Below, piece after piece: positions 50,510 through 60,492 of a DNA stretch of 64,000 bases. The translations under genes were made by a program, and so were the position numbers. The stretch is from Candidatus Kapaibacterium sp. (GTDB taxonomy: Bacteria; Bacteroidota; Ignavibacteria; Kapaibacteriales; UBA2268): contig OY762428.1 in NCBI GenBank assembly GCA_963665665.1, forward strand, positions 3,040,001 through 3,104,000, given 5' to 3'. Each line of letters opens with the position of its first letter. Within the stretch, counting starts at the first letter, position 1. Below the pieces are notes generated by a model. The model saw only the letters and a program-made list of their open reading frames with translations, had not been told where the DNA came from and did not search any database.

Positions 50510-51736
50510 TTATTTCCGGACAACAATTTTCCGGACAATATTAGAATTATTAAAATTGACGATCATCATGTAAATCCCGGAACTATGGTTTTCAAATCCG
50601 GGATTAAATTCATTCCGGCCTGCTGATAATTCAGTTGAATACCTTTTCACCATCCTGCCTGATATATCGATCAATGCAATATTTGCCCTGCCGGCAATAT
50701 TACTTTCAAGAATTACGAACGGATTTGCCGAGAAATTTGAAAACACCCTGGCATTAACAAGGCCGCTGATATCATTATCCATAACGCCCAGAATCGAACC
50801 TTCGATGAAATGACGTTTTGAGTTCTGCCAGTCGTTATCTTCCCAGTTCTTATTTTCCAACCAATAAAGTCCGTTATCATTGTAATAGTGGAATGTCCCT
50901 TCCTTCTTTTGCCAGGCTGATCCGTCCCATAACATCTCAATGATTTCATCATATTTGTCATCATCATTATAGGTATATAATATTTTTTTTGAATAGGACC
51001 AGGAACTGTTGTCATAGTTTTCGGTCAGTCTTTCGCTAATCAGCTTCTCTTTCAGGTAAGTATTGGTTCTCCGACTGCTTTCAACCCATTCCTGGTTAAC
51101 ATCATCCCAGTCATGATATGTTCTGGTTTGTTCTCTGCTGTTATCATCGTAGGTAACAGTTTCTTTTCCGGAGTTGAGCCATTCATCGTCAAAGAGGTAC
51201 ATTTCATCAACAATTTCAATTTCCCTGTTTTTACTGTCATATGAATAAGTCAGACGATAAAATTCCTCCCAAATATCCACATTACCAAAATATGAGGTTT
51301 CTTTTTCCAAAAGTTTTTTTGAATTATAAGTGTATTCTGCTTTGTAGGAATATTCCCACTCTGTTCCGTTCCACTGGTAGGTAACTTCAGAAATAACCTG
51401 GCTATTATTATTGTATTCAATTTCAGTTTCGTTATAATCTTTCCATTCAGAATCCTCATAGTTTTGAATTGCAATCAAAGTATTGTTTCCATTGTCATCA
51501 TATTCAAACACAATCCTGTAGTCAGGAATCCAATCAGAACCGTCCCATTTTTCATTAACAGTTTGTGCCACTTTATTGTCCATGTTCTTTGTTTCGTTTA
51601 CCCTTGATACGTTCAGCCAGTCTGAATCAGTCCATTCCTGTGTAACCCATGGCTTGGGAGATGATTGAGCCTGAAGTTCAATTGAAATGCCGAATAAATA
51701 TGTAACAAAAAGCAGCAAAATTGTAAAATATTTCAT
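50510..51736 (-). CDS. T9SS-secreted protein with ~30-aa W/Y-rich beta repeats
   Basis: Signal peptide; about 9 repeats of E..W....W....K..YTY; C-terminal DISGRMV...SSGIYMM..VRKIVVRK domain. Confidence 0.82.
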   Translation of the reverse strand: MKYFTILLLFVTYLFGISIELQAQSSPKPWVTQEWTDSDWLNVSRVNETKNMDNKVAQTVNEKWDGSDWIPDYRIVFEYDDNGNNTLIAIQNYEDSEWKDYNETEIEYNNNSQVISEVTYQWNGTEWEYSYKAEYTYNSKKLLEKETSYFGNVDIWEEFYRLTYSYDSKNREIEIVDEMYLFDDEWLNSGKETVTYDDNSREQTRTYHDWDDVNQEWVESSRRTNTYLKEKLISERLTENYDNSSWSYSKKILYTYNDDDKYDEIIEMLWDGSAWQKKEGTFHYYNDNGLYWLENKNWEDNDWQNSKRHFIEGSILGVMDNDISGLVNARVFSNFSANPFVILESNIAGRANIALIDISGRMVKRYSTELSAGRNEFNPGFENHSSGIYMMIVNFNNSNIVRKIVVRK

Positions 51737-51956
51737 AACAGTTCTCCGGATAATATTTTAATATTTTATTATTTTTAATATAATAATATTTTCCGACTAT
51801 AGTATAAAACTTTTGATACTAAATACACGGCATTATCAATTTTGTATAATTATGAAAACATTTTGGATACAAAATTAGGTTAATCTAAAAAAGTTCTTGC
51901 CGAGCCGAATATAGTTTTTTATTATGAAAAAAGAATTGTTATTACAGGAGAATAAC

Positions 51957-54119
51957 ATGTTTCTACAGAAAATATTTCCTTTTCTGAATTGGTTCAGAAA
52001 CTACAGTATTCAAAATTTTAAATTAGATATCGTATCGGGCCTTACGGTTGCTCTTGTCATTATCCCCCAGTCAATGGCTTATGCACAGCTTGCCGGGCTG
52101 CCGGTTCATTACGGGCTATACGCATCGCTCATACCCCCGCTTATAGCGGCTTTGTTCGGATCAAGCCGCCAGCTTGCCACGGGGCCTGTGGCCATAGTGT
52201 CGCTGATGACGGCGGCAACCCTCGAACCATTGGCCACCGCCGGATCATCAGAATATATTATGTATGCTATTGTGCTGGCTCTTGTTGTCGGGGTGTTTCA
52301 GCTATTGCTGGGAATAATAAAGCTGGGATTGATAATAAACCTTCTCAGCCACCCGGTTGTGAACGGTTTTTCCAATGCAGCGGCAATCATCATTGCATCA
52401 TCGCAGCTGTCAAAGTTATTTGGTGTTTACGTTGATAATGCTCCCCACCACTACGAAACCATATACAACGTTGTTGTGGCAGCTTTTGATTTCACGCACC
52501 TGCCAACTCTCGGAATAGGCCTTCTGTCAATTGCTATTATGATATTCTTTAAGAAATTTTTTCCCAAACTGCCCTATGTTCTTATAGCAGTTGTTATAAC
52601 AACATTGATATCCTACTTCGCCGGATTCGAAAATAATTTAGAAACATCAATCGATAAACTATCCGACAATAATACTAAAGAAAAAATTCTTGACTTCAAT
52701 CGGAATGTTGACCTATTGGCAGAACAAAACAATGCCATCAAGCAAATAAATATTCAAATTGATTCACTGCATGAAGTCAATAATAAAGAAATGCTCTTCC
52801 AAAAAGAGCAGGAATACGAAAGGCTTGCATTTAAAAAAGAAGAGACAAAATTGGAAATTCGCCGTTTGAGGGCTGAACTCAGAGATATTAAAATGTATTT
52901 AACCGGCGATGTTGAAAACAACAAAAATCTTAATTTTATTACTAAAAATGCTACAAATGAACAATTATCAGCCGATGGCAACATCTGGAGAATAAAAGTA
53001 GGCTACGGAAAGATTGATCCCGCTGCAATAAAAATGACCGGAGGAGGAGCAGTTGTGGGGCATATACCCGAAGGTCTCCCGGCCATGGTTGTTCCGGAGG
53101 TAAATTCTTCGATATTCTTCAAGCTGCTTCCTTCAGCCATTATAATATCACTTCTTGGATTCATGGAAGCAATAGCTATTGCCAAAGCAATGGCATCCAA
53201 AACAGGACAGAAAATTGATACCGATCAGGAACTTATCGGGCAGGGCCTTGGTAATATCCTTGGTGCATTCGGAGGCAGTTATCCCGTATCAGGCTCTTTC
53301 TCACGCAGCGCCGTAAACCTTGCGTCCGGTGCTGTTTCCGGGCTTTCAAGTGCTTTTACCAGCATCATTGTTGCCATTACTTTGCTATTTCTGACATCGC
53401 TGCTTTATTACCTGCCCCAATCGGTACTTGCGTCTATAATTATGATGGCAGTTATAGGGCTTGTAAATGTGAAAGGCTTTGTTCATGCCTGGAGAGCTAA
53501 AAAGTACGATGGTGTTATTTCCGTTATGGCGTTTATTGTTACACTTCTGTCAGCGCCTCATCTTGAAAAGGGTATTTATCTCGGCGTAGCCCTGTCAGTA
53601 GGAATATTCCTTTACAAGAGCATGAGGCCGAAGATCAGTACACTGTCCAGGCATCCGGATCTCAGCTTGCAGGACAGTGAATCCTACCAGCTTGAGGAAT
53701 GCCAATATACAACACTAATCCGCTTTGGCGGCCCGCTGATATTTGCTAATGCAAATTATCTTGAAGAAGAAGTGAATAAGAGAATGAGAAAGAAGAAAGA
53801 ACTCAGGCATATTATAATTGTGTGTAACGGTATAAACGATATGGATGCTTCGGGCGAGGAAGCACTTGGGCTTCTGGTTGAAAGGGTTCGCAGCGGCGGA
53901 TATGATATTGTGTTCAGCGGTTTGAACGAAACAATTCTGGACATGATGAAACGTACTTATTTATACGAGAAGATTGGTAAAGAAAACATTTTCCCGACTA
54001 TGGAAAGAGCAATATCCTACATATTGTATCATAACCACGGGGATCATCTGGAAGAACAGTGCCCGCTTCTTGCCATGCATCACTTTATGGATGAAAAAAT
54101 TAATTCGGGAGTAAGATAG
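51957..54119 (+). CDS. SulP family inorganic anion transporter with STAS domain
   Basis: PQSMAYAQLAGLP, GSSRQLATGP, QELIGQGLGN, GSFSRSA, STAS domain; AGGAG RBS before ATG 51957. Confidence 0.93.
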   Translation: MFLQKIFPFLNWFRNYSIQNFKLDIVSGLTVALVIIPQSMAYAQLAGLPVHYGLYASLIPPLIAALFGSSRQLATGPVAIVSLMTAATLEPLATAGSSEYIMYAIVLALVVGVFQLLLGIIKLGLIINLLSHPVVNGFSNAAAIIIASSQLSKLFGVYVDNAPHHYETIYNVVVAAFDFTHLPTLGIGLLSIAIMIFFKKFFPKLPYVLIAVVITTLISYFAGFENNLETSIDKLSDNNTKEKILDFNRNVDLLAEQNNAIKQINIQIDSLHEVNNKEMLFQKEQEYERLAFKKEETKLEIRRLRAELRDIKMYLTGDVENNKNLNFITKNATNEQLSADGNIWRIKVGYGKIDPAAIKMTGGGAVVGHIPEGLPAMVVPEVNSSIFFKLLPSAIIISLLGFMEAIAIAKAMASKTGQKIDTDQELIGQGLGNILGAFGGSYPVSGSFSRSAVNLASGAVSGLSSAFTSIIVAITLLFLTSLLYYLPQSVLASIIMMAVIGLVNVKGFVHAWRAKKYDGVISVMAFIVTLLSAPHLEKGIYLGVALSVGIFLYKSMRPKISTLSRHPDLSLQDSESYQLEECQYTTLIRFGGPLIFANANYLEEEVNKRMRKKKELRHIIIVCNGINDMDASGEEALGLLVERVRSGGYDIVFSGLNETILDMMKRTYLYEKIGKENIFPTMERAISYILYHNHGDHLEEQCPLLAMHHFMDEKINSGVR

Positions 54120-55325
54120 ATGTCAATAATCACAATACTTAGCGCAAAATATTGTCCGGACGGGACAATAATTAAAAAAATTGCTTCAGAATTCGAATAT
54201 GAAATATTCAACGATGAGGATATTATCAGTAAGGCTTCGGCTTTTACCGGAATCAGCGTTAACAGGATAAATGCAGTTCTTAACCGTGAGATTTCCATAT
54301 TTAACCGTTTTTCTCATGAAAAAGAAAAAACCCTGGCAGGCCTTAAGGCAGTTCTGTCTGATATTATCCAAAAGGACAAGTTAATTATTTCAGGCCTGAC
54401 CGGCCAGATGATACCGAAGGGAATTTCTCACTGCCTGTCTGTTTGTATTACTTCAGATTTGAAGGTCAGGATAGAAAATGCCCTTAGCTCGGGACAGAGT
54501 GAGAAGGAATCAAGAAAAACAATTGAAAAAGAAGACTCCAAACATGCACACTGGATTAATGAATTCTTCGGCAAAAAAGATCCATACGATCCAACACTAT
54601 ATGATATATTATTTCCGTTGAATCCAAATAACGGCGATGAGCTTTTTCAACTGATTAAAAAATCCCTTCCTGTATTGAAAAAGACTAAAGTCTCAGGGCG
54701 GATAATTAATGATTTTGTCCTTGAATCAGAAATTGAAAACCTTCTGATCGAGGAAGGGCATTTTGTTGATGTTTGTTCAAATGAAGGAAATATTACACTT
54801 ACAATAAACAAAAATGTACTTAATCCCGGCAAACTGGAAGAAGAACTAAAATCATTAATCAGCGGGCTGGATAAAGTAAAGTCAGTTAATACAGAGATTG
54901 GAAAGAACTTCTACCAGGCCGATATCTACAGGCCATATAATTTTGAAATGCCGGAAAAAGTTCTTCTGGTTGATGATGAGAAAGATTTCGTTCAGACACT
55001 GTCAGAACGCCTGCTGATGAGGGATATGGGATCGGTTGTTGCTTACGACGGCGAATCTGCCCTTGACATTGTAGATAAAGAAGAACCGGAAGTTATAGTT
55101 CTTGACCTTAGAATGCCAGGAATGAGCGGAATAGAAGTATTAAAAGAGGTGAAAGAAAAGTATAATAATGTTGAGATTATTATACTTACGGGCCATGGGT
55201 CTGAAAAGGACAAAGAAATTTGTATGAAACTTGGCGCATTTGCATACCTGCAAAAACCTGTAAATATCGATGTCCTCAGTAAAACAATGAAGGATGCTTA
55301 TAAGAAAGTAAATTCAAAAAAATAA
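54120..55325 (+). CDS. Response regulator with an N-terminal cytidylate-kinase-like domain
   Basis: N-terminal CK-like pattern (..DP.DPTLYD); C-terminal VLLVDDE, LDLRMPG, LTGHG, KP. Confidence 0.85.
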   Translation: MSIITILSAKYCPDGTIIKKIASEFEYEIFNDEDIISKASAFTGISVNRINAVLNREISIFNRFSHEKEKTLAGLKAVLSDIIQKDKLIISGLTGQMIPKGISHCLSVCITSDLKVRIENALSSGQSEKESRKTIEKEDSKHAHWINEFFGKKDPYDPTLYDILFPLNPNNGDELFQLIKKSLPVLKKTKVSGRIINDFVLESEIENLLIEEGHFVDVCSNEGNITLTINKNVLNPGKLEEELKSLISGLDKVKSVNTEIGKNFYQADIYRPYNFEMPEKVLLVDDEKDFVQTLSERLLMRDMGSVVAYDGESALDIVDKEEPEVIVLDLRMPGMSGIEVLKEVKEKYNNVEIIILTGHGSEKDKEICMKLGAFAYLQKPVNIDVLSKTMKDAYKKVNSKK

Positions 55326-55326
55326 A

Positions 55327-57045
55327 ATGACCACATTCAGAAAAATATTGGACAGGATTTTCTACGATACCGGAATCAACGATTTCAAGGATAAACATTT
55401 ATTCAATATCAAAAGAGCCTGGAAAGTTCTGTTCTTCTTTACATCCGGGGTAGCGATTCTGCCTCTGGTTTTCTTTGCATATCTTGACTATCAGATAACC
55501 GAGCAGTCACTTAATTCAGAGATACACGGAACTACAACCCGATTGTCTTTGAACCTGCAAAGGTTTGTTTCGTATTACATTACCGAAAGGAAGCAGGCTC
55601 TGGATCTTCTTGTTCATGATCATTCTCTTGAAGAATTCGCCGAAAACAAAAAATTATCCGATCTTCTGAATAATCTGAAAAAGACTTTTGGTGGATTTAC
55701 AGATTTAGGAATAATAAATACAAAAGGTATTCAGATAGCTTATACAGGCCCCTACGAGCTAAAAGGCAAGGATTATTCACAGAGCGAATATTTTAATCTT
55801 GCCAAATACCAGGGGTATAGCATAAGCAATGTATTTCTCGGAAACAGGAACGTCCCCCACCTGGCAATCTCGGTGAAAAGAGAATTGAACGATTCAAGTT
55901 TCTTTATACTCCGCGCAACAATGGAAGAATCTTTTATTAATTTGATCAGGGAAATTGAAGTTAGCAAAAACAGCGACGCTTTTTTGATCAATAAAGATAA
56001 TATTTTGCAAACTAATTCAAATCTTTATGGCAAGGCAATGGTCATAGCCAAACCAGACCTTGCAACCCAATCAAAACAGGGTATAGAGGAAATCAGAATC
56101 AATTCCGAGGCTTATTATATCAGCCGCCAGGTTATCAAAGACACCCCGTTTATCCTTATTGTCCTCCAGCATATTGAACAACTGAATGAACCCTGGAAAC
56201 AGGCTAAACATAATCTTATTCAATATTTGATTATTAGTGTCATAATTATTTTATTATGGATTTACTGGGTAACCAATTACATATTGAAAAACCTGAAGAT
56301 AATTGATGAAAGAAGAATAAGAAATATGCACATGGCCGAACACGCAAGCAGGATGGCTTCCATAGGAAAGCTTGCTGCAGGTGTTGCTCATGAAATAAAC
56401 AATCCGCTTGCAATTATCAACGAAAAAGCCGGCTATGTTCTGGATAAATTCAAAATAGTAAAGGATTATCAAGACGATCCCAAAGTAATAAAAACCCTGG
56501 AATCCATAGTTGAAAATGTGGAAAGGTGTGGTAAAATTACGAAAAGGTTGCTTAGATTTTCACGGCAGGACCAGATAAACATTGTTTCTATCAATTTTAC
56601 GGAACTGGTGAACGGCCTTCTGGAATTTGTGAAAAAAGAAGCTGAATACAGAAAAATTGAGTTTGATGTTTCCATTGAGGATGATTTCCCGATAATAAAA
56701 ACAGACAAAGGGAAACTGGAACAGATAATGCTAAACCTGATAAATAATTCAATAGATGCCATGCCTCTGGGCGGCAAGCTATCGATCGAAGCCAGAAAAG
56801 GCGATAAAGAATTTGTAAGAATATCTGTAATCGACAGTGGAATCGGAATTCCTGAGAAAAACCTGCAAAAAATATTCGACCCCTACTTCACTACTAAATC
56901 AGAAAAGGATGGTACTGGCCTCGGGTTGTCAATTACAATATCCCTTGTCAATGAACTAGGAGGTAAGATCAAAGTGAGAAGCGAAAGATTAAAATTCACG
57001 CGTTTTGACATGAAATTTCCCATTAATATCGACCAGGGGAATTAA
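55327..57045 (+). CDS. Membrane sensor histidine kinase (Cache-like, NtrB-type)
   Basis: Two TMs; GVAHEINNPL, NLINNS, DSGIG, PYFTTK, GTGLGL. Confidence 0.93.
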   Translation: MTTFRKILDRIFYDTGINDFKDKHLFNIKRAWKVLFFFTSGVAILPLVFFAYLDYQITEQSLNSEIHGTTTRLSLNLQRFVSYYITERKQALDLLVHDHSLEEFAENKKLSDLLNNLKKTFGGFTDLGIINTKGIQIAYTGPYELKGKDYSQSEYFNLAKYQGYSISNVFLGNRNVPHLAISVKRELNDSSFFILRATMEESFINLIREIEVSKNSDAFLINKDNILQTNSNLYGKAMVIAKPDLATQSKQGIEEIRINSEAYYISRQVIKDTPFILIVLQHIEQLNEPWKQAKHNLIQYLIISVIIILLWIYWVTNYILKNLKIIDERRIRNMHMAEHASRMASIGKLAAGVAHEINNPLAIINEKAGYVLDKFKIVKDYQDDPKVIKTLESIVENVERCGKITKRLLRFSRQDQINIVSINFTELVNGLLEFVKKEAEYRKIEFDVSIEDDFPIIKTDKGKLEQIMLNLINNSIDAMPLGGKLSIEARKGDKEFVRISVIDSGIGIPEKNLQKIFDPYFTTKSEKDGTGLGLSITISLVNELGGKIKVRSERLKFTRFDMKFPINIDQGN

Positions 57046-57047
57046 TT

Positions 57048-57407
57048 ATGAAATTATTATTTATTGACGACGAAGAAGAACTTATTTCAACCATAGCAGA
57101 AAGGCTTGAATTCCGGGAAATTGATGCCGATTGGGTAACAAATCCTGAAAAAGCAGTTGATATGATTAAAAAGAAAAAGTACGATATTGCTATTGTTGAC
57201 GTAAAAATGCCGGGTACCAGCGGTTTCGAACTAAAGAAGAGACTTGAAGAAATTGATCCCGACCTTAAATATGTATTCATGACCGGCCACGGTTCAGAAC
57301 ATAATTTTAAAAAAGGCTGTTGCGAGGCTGGTGAAAGATATTACCTGCTGAAACCTGTGAATATTGAATATCTGCTGGAAGTAACAAATCAGTTAATGAA
57401 AGAGTAG
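57048..57407 (+). CDS. Single-domain response regulator
   Basis: IDDE, DVKMPG, TGHG, KPV. Confidence 0.92.
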   Translation: MKLLFIDDEEELISTIAERLEFREIDADWVTNPEKAVDMIKKKKYDIAIVDVKMPGTSGFELKKRLEEIDPDLKYVFMTGHGSEHNFKKGCCEAGERYYLLKPVNIEYLLEVTNQLMKE

Positions 57408-57409
57408 GT

Positions 57410-58072
57410 GTGCTTATGGATAAATTTGAAAAATATATACATTATAATACCGGGCTTTCCTTTTTCGGAAAGATTTCCGCGTCAATTTCCCACGAACTGA
57501 AAAATTCGCTGGCCATACTTAATGAGAACTCCGGGCTTCTGTCTGATATGATATTAATGCAGGAAAAAGGTATGCCCCTGAATATGGAAAGGCTTGCTAA
57601 ATTGAACCGGGACCTGGAAAAACAAATTGACCGTTCAAACAATATAATTAATAACTTCAATTTCTTTTCACACTCGGCTGATGAAAAAATCAATGAGATT
57701 TCCTTTTCTGAATTTTCTTCCAAATATATTGCCCTGACAGAACGCCTGTACATTCAGAAAAGCATTCAGGCTAAATCTGAAACAAGCGCTGAAAATGTTG
57801 TTTTAAAAACAAGTGAATTTGCACTGCTTATGCTCCTGTGGCATATAATTGATGTAATGAATACCTCGATTGATCAGGATGTTTCTGTTATTATTGGAGC
57901 TTTTGCAGGCAAACTATCAGGCTGTGTGATAAAATGTGAGCAATTAAACAAATATGCCTTTGAAAATATCAAAAAATCAGTTATTATTAATTCGATATTA
58001 TCCGGGATGAATGCCGGTATCGAAATTGAAAACAGCAATATAATTATCCAGATTAATGATATACAGGAGTAA
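57410..58072 (+). CDS. Histidine-kinase-like protein with an H-box and a degenerate ATPase domain
   Basis: SISHELKNSLAILNE; no recognisable N/G1/G2 boxes. Confidence 0.75.
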   Translation: MLMDKFEKYIHYNTGLSFFGKISASISHELKNSLAILNENSGLLSDMILMQEKGMPLNMERLAKLNRDLEKQIDRSNNIINNFNFFSHSADEKINEISFSEFSSKYIALTERLYIQKSIQAKSETSAENVVLKTSEFALLMLLWHIIDVMNTSIDQDVSVIIGAFAGKLSGCVIKCEQLNKYAFENIKKSVIINSILSGMNAGIEIENSNIIIQINDIQE

Positions 58073-58077
58073 ACAAA

Positions 58078-58506
58078 ATGAACGAAAAAGTGCTTCTAAT
58101 TGATGACGAGCAGGATTTCGTTGATGTATTAAGCGAAAGGCTCAACAACAGGGAATTCCAGGTATCTGTTTCCACATCCCCGAAAAAAGGCCTTGAAATG
58201 GCATTAGACCAGAATTACGATGCTATTGTTCTCGACCTGAAAATGCCGGAAATGGACGGAATGGAAGTTTTAAAAAAAATAATTGATGAAAAACCGGAAA
58301 TGCAGGTTATCATTCTTTCAGGAAACGCTACCCTGGAAAAAGGTGTGAAAGCAGTTAAGCTTGGAGCCGTTGAAATAATGGAGAAACCTGTAAAGATCGA
58401 GAAACTTGTCGAGAAATTGAAAGATGCTCAGATGAATAAAATGATGATAGTCCAGGAGCAGATGTCGGACAAAATTAAATCTTTAATGGATTCCAAAGGC
58501 TGGTAA
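58078..58506 (+). CDS. Single-domain response regulator
   Basis: LIDDE, LDLKMPEMDG, SGNAT, KPV. Confidence 0.92.
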   Translation: MNEKVLLIDDEQDFVDVLSERLNNREFQVSVSTSPKKGLEMALDQNYDAIVLDLKMPEMDGMEVLKKIIDEKPEMQVIILSGNATLEKGVKAVKLGAVEIMEKPVKIEKLVEKLKDAQMNKMMIVQEQMSDKIKSLMDSKGW

Positions 58507-58982
58507 TCATTTCCATAAAAATAATAATCACCCCCTGAGAAATTTCCGGGGTATTAATTACATTTTATCTGTATACAAGATGTGCTATAATTCGAACAAA
58601 CCATTATAATCCTGTAGATTATAAGAAATGTACTGTAAGGCCGCGTTAACGCAATTCCTTGTGATTCATAAAAAGGAAGATAAAATTTATAAATTTTTTT
58701 TCCTTTTATTATGTTGGCTGAAAAAAAGAGTTGACAGATAAAAAACTTAACACATAATATATAATTATTACAAACATTAAGACCATTGTTTTTAATTAAT
58801 TACCCGAAAATCGAATATTCATCGTCAATCAACTCAATAAAATGGGAAAAAGTGTAAAATTTCCTGAAAATATTTGAATTTTACCCGGTTATGGAAATTT
58901 TTTGTTTTTTTGTTGTTTTACACTTTCTTAAATTTGTGTTCTTATAGAAAGGAAAGTTTTTTCAATAAATTTTAGGTTTGTT

Positions 58983-59285
58983 ATGACAAAAGCAGATATA
59001 GTTGACGAAATTGCTAAAGCAACCGGTTTGACAAAAATTGAAACAAAAGCAGTTGTGGACGGAGTATTTGCAAGTATCATCTCCGCTATAGCAGGCGGCA
59101 AGAGAATTGAATTAAGAGGATTCGGAGTATTCAAACATAAAAGCAGAAAACCAAGAATGGCCCGTAACCCTAAAACAGGCGACCTGGTTCCCCTGGAAAA
59201 AAGGTATGTACCGGTATTTAAGCCATCTCCGGACTTCCTGAAAAAAGTTAACGAAGCAATGAAAGAACAGTACGGGGAAAATTAA
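58983..59285 (+). CDS. HU/IHF family DNA-binding protein
   Basis: MTKADIV, IELRGFGVF, ARNPKTG, PVFKPS. Confidence 0.95.
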   Translation: MTKADIVDEIAKATGLTKIETKAVVDGVFASIISAIAGGKRIELRGFGVFKHKSRKPRMARNPKTGDLVPLEKRYVPVFKPSPDFLKKVNEAMKEQYGEN

Positions 59286-59364
59286 TACCCGGCCATCTGT
59301 CCCGGGTAATTTGGAGCCCGGAAAAAATTTGAAAATTTTTCTCATTCAATAGAAAGGGTATTCA

Positions 59365-59457
59365 ATGCCTTGTGGTAAGAAAAGAAAACGCCATAAAATG
59401 TCTACGCACAAAAGGAAAAAAAGGCTGCGTAAAAACAGACATAAAAAAAGGAAATAA
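59365..59457 (+). CDS. Small basic ribosomal protein bS22 (AURKAIP1/COX24 domain)
   Basis: Below the ORF-track cutoff: MPCGKKRKRHKMSTHKRKKRLRKNRHKKRK, with a purine-rich RBS and a downstream terminator. Confidence 0.88.
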   Translation: MPCGKKRKRHKMSTHKRKKRLRKNRHKKRK

Positions 59458-59466
59458 GATTACGGC

Positions 59467-59498
59467 GTCCTGCTTTAAATATAAAGCAGGACGTTTTT
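59467..59498 (+). terminator. Rho-independent terminator
   Basis: CGTCCTGCTTTA-AA-TA-TAAAGCAGGACG followed by TTTTT. Confidence 0.88.
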
Positions 59499-59598
59499 CA
59501 TTTCTCCGGAAATGATTTTTTTAATTTATATTTCTAAAGAATTCAGTGAATTATGCCGAAATATAACTTAAGAATAGATTTTTTTTTCGGAGTTAGAA

Positions 59599-59946
59599 AT
59601 GAAAGTACAAGCGATAAATAGTGTCCTCACTTCAGAAATCAAGCCGGTTTCGGAATTAAAAAAAACTGAAAATGAGGAAAAGAAAATTGAATGGCCTAAC
59701 GAAATTGGCCCCTTCAACCCAAAAGTTTTTAATAAAGTAGAACAATTTATGGATCTCGGAACAAGTTCCAAAGTAGATATGGAAGACCTTTCCAAATCAG
59801 AAAAAGACCTTTTCCTGAAAATATTGTCCAAACTTATGGAAGATGGTGTTGTTGGATATAAATATTTTGAAATTAAAGGAAAAATTGAAAAACATTTTGT
59901 TCTCAGCAACATGCAAAGTGATAGCAATAAAAAAGAATATGCATAA
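59599..59946 (+). CDS. Hypothetical protein
   Basis: 115 aa, GGAG RBS, normal composition; family not recognised. Confidence 0.65.
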   Translation: MKVQAINSVLTSEIKPVSELKKTENEEKKIEWPNEIGPFNPKVFNKVEQFMDLGTSSKVDMEDLSKSEKDLFLKILSKLMEDGVVGYKYFEIKGKIEKHFVLSNMQSDSNKKEYA

Positions 59947-59993
59947 AAAAAGCGGACACCGGCCCGCTTAAACATTCATTAAAAAAAAATTCG

Positions 59994-60302
59994 TTAACGG
60001 CTTATATCCCTGTCGAGAATTGATTGTATTTTATCCATTTTTGATTTCATCCTTGAACCATCTGAATTCCTGTAGTCAACTTTTATAGAACTGTATACCC
60101 TGTTGCTCATTCCTTCCAGTTTTTTGAAGCACTGTGTAATTACCCCGAAAACTTCATCCCAGGAGCCTTCCAGAACCGTTCCCATAGGAGTTAGCTGATA
60201 TGTAACACCGCTTTTGTCAATTAAATCAATTATTTGCGACACGTATTTGCTGACGCTTTCACCTTTATCTGTTGGAAACATCGAAAATTCACATAATACC
60301 AT
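59994..60302 (-). CDS. MTH1187/YkoF family thiamine-binding protein
   Basis: EFSMFP..GESVSKYV, YQLTPMGTVLEG, RV...KVDYR. Confidence 0.9.
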   Translation of the reverse strand: MVLCEFSMFPTDKGESVSKYVSQIIDLIDKSGVTYQLTPMGTVLEGSWDEVFGVITQCFKKLEGMSNRVYSSIKVDYRNSDGSRMKSKMDKIQSILDRDISR

Positions 60303-60492
60303 AATATTGTCCAATAAAATTTAAACAAGCAAATATCCAATTATAATCCAATTTAATGAAAATGCATATATTCTCTATGAAATTTGTTCAAGGGCAGAAT
60401 ATTTATACTTGAAATGTTCGATCTCAATTTCGATTAAACTATATTTATTTAGTAATGTCTAAGCTATGAATGTAAAACTATATGGTTTAAAA

